Assembly: GCA_022709585.1 (NCBI GenBank)
Contig: JAKLIN010000001.1
Coordinates: 1 to 34,406 of the forward strand
Reading direction: 5' to 3'
Length of the DNA stretch: 34,406 bases
Source: Nanobdellota archaeon
Lineage (GTDB): Archaea; Nanobdellota; Nanobdellia; Pacearchaeales; GW2011-AR1
Shown in pieces: positions 33,996-34,406 of this stretch (position 1 is the first letter of the stretch; each line of letters starts with the position of its first letter). The notes below the pieces were generated by a model that saw nothing but the letters and a program-made list of their open reading frames with translations, was not told the origin of the DNA and did no database searches. The position numbers and the translations under genes are program-made.

Positions 33996-34015
33996 GAAAA
34001 CAACAAACAAAAATA

Positions 34016-34025
34016 GTTTATAATC
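34016..34025 (-). promoter_or_regulatory. TATA-like box for the amidase gene
   Basis: The box gtttataatc is centred about 25.5 nt upstream of the ATG at 33995, and only about 10 nt from the TTG at 34010. Confidence 0.45.
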
Positions 34026-34097
34026 TTTATGTAAATTTCAATAAATTTTATAATGTAATATACAACCCTGAAAGAATTATAGAATTAAAAAGCAAAA

Positions 34098-34388
34098 TTA
34101 AGCAACAGTATATCCCCATAGTTCAGGGTTTGCTCTTTCTACAAATGCCCCTTTCAATTCACCTTCTTCATCACAGAAATCAACTACAGAAGTACATTTG
34201 TAATCAAACACTTTTGACCAAATAGGGTGTTCTGTAAGTTGTTGACAGGTATAATCAGTTACAGATGTCCCTGTTTTGATTGTAATAAATCCTAAGATTT
34301 TCTTCCCCATATAACCTTCTTTAATTATTTCATACTCTTGATATCTTAAATAAAGATTCATAACATTTTCGAAGTCATCTGCACTCAT
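34098..34388 (-). CDS. Hypothetical protein, 96 aa
   Basis: It is an intact ORF with an ATG start and typical codon bias. No motif was recognised. It contains 3 Cys. Confidence 0.4.
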   Translation of the reverse strand: MSADDFENVMNLYLRYQEYEIIKEGYMGKKILGFITIKTGTSVTDYTCQQLTEHPIWSKVFDYKCTSVVDFCDEEGELKGAFVERANPELWGYTVA

Positions 34389-34406
34389 TGTTGTTTCTTT
34401 ACTGAA

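Noticed and set aside
25359-34010. The hydrolase cassette as a mobile genomic island or prophage lysis module.
   Set aside because: The window contains no integrase, transposase, phage structural or holin-like genes, flanking direct repeats or adjacent tRNA. Composition and promoter architecture match the rest of the window. The enzymes carry export leaders rather than endolysin-type organisation.
1-34406. The possibility that the contig is from a CPR bacterium (AT-rich, small genes, MetK, Amidase_3, SLT).
   Set aside because: The core machinery is unambiguously archaeal: RadA, RPA, GINS, aIF2-alpha, aEF-1beta, Bud32, DHS, archaeal uS15, TATA-box promoters and an A24 peptidase of the FlaK/PibD type.
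1-34406. CRISPR arrays, rRNA genes, IS elements and long tandem repeats.
   Set aside because: Scanning both strands revealed no regularly spaced direct repeats, no rRNA-like GC-rich blocks other than the two tRNAs and the region at 1-160, and no transposase-like ORFs.

Overview
This is an AT-rich (roughly one-third G+C by eye), very gene-dense 34.4-kb archaeal segment. Archaeal origin is supported by RadA, RPA, a GINS subunit, a RecJ/GAN-like DHH nuclease, aIF2-alpha, aEF-1beta, archaeal-type uS15, SRP54/FtsY, Bud32, deoxyhypusine synthase, an EndoQ-like PHP nuclease and an A1-U72 tRNA-Gln. The compactness, the lysine/glutamate-rich protein tails and the bacterial-type genes (MetK, murein hydrolases) fit a small-genome DPANN-like archaeon; that assignment is inference. 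Positions 1 to about 25.3 kb are housekeeping: information processing, DNA repair, an agmatinase/DHS/decarboxylase cluster, 2 tRNAs and one unclassified structured-RNA candidate at the left edge. Positions 25.36-34.0 kb are the stand-out. On the minus strand lie four tandem paralogous genes, then a secreted phosphodiester-glycosidase-like gene, then a class III (prepilin/preflagellin, A24) signal peptidase. The four paralogues all begin with the same M-[ND]-[KQ]-[KR]-G leader, hydrophobic helix and six-cysteine module. They then carry different bacterial cell-wall-degrading domains: Amidase_3, a catalytically degenerate lysozyme-like copy, a lysozyme-like domain plus HEFGH zinc peptidase, and a canonical SLT lytic transglycosylase. 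I read this as a pilin-leader-targeted, surface-displayed murein-degrading toolkit in an organism that should itself lack murein. Other points: a TATA-like box sits about 26 nt upstream of nearly every start codon, implying leaderless mRNAs. Three convergent gene pairs share a TTAA stop/stop overlap. Two genes under 60 aa are missing from the ORF track (an RHH-like protein and a Cys-less Nop10-like protein). HIT, Nudix and K+-channel homologues have degenerate active-site motifs. No CRISPR array, transposase, integrase or rRNA was seen.
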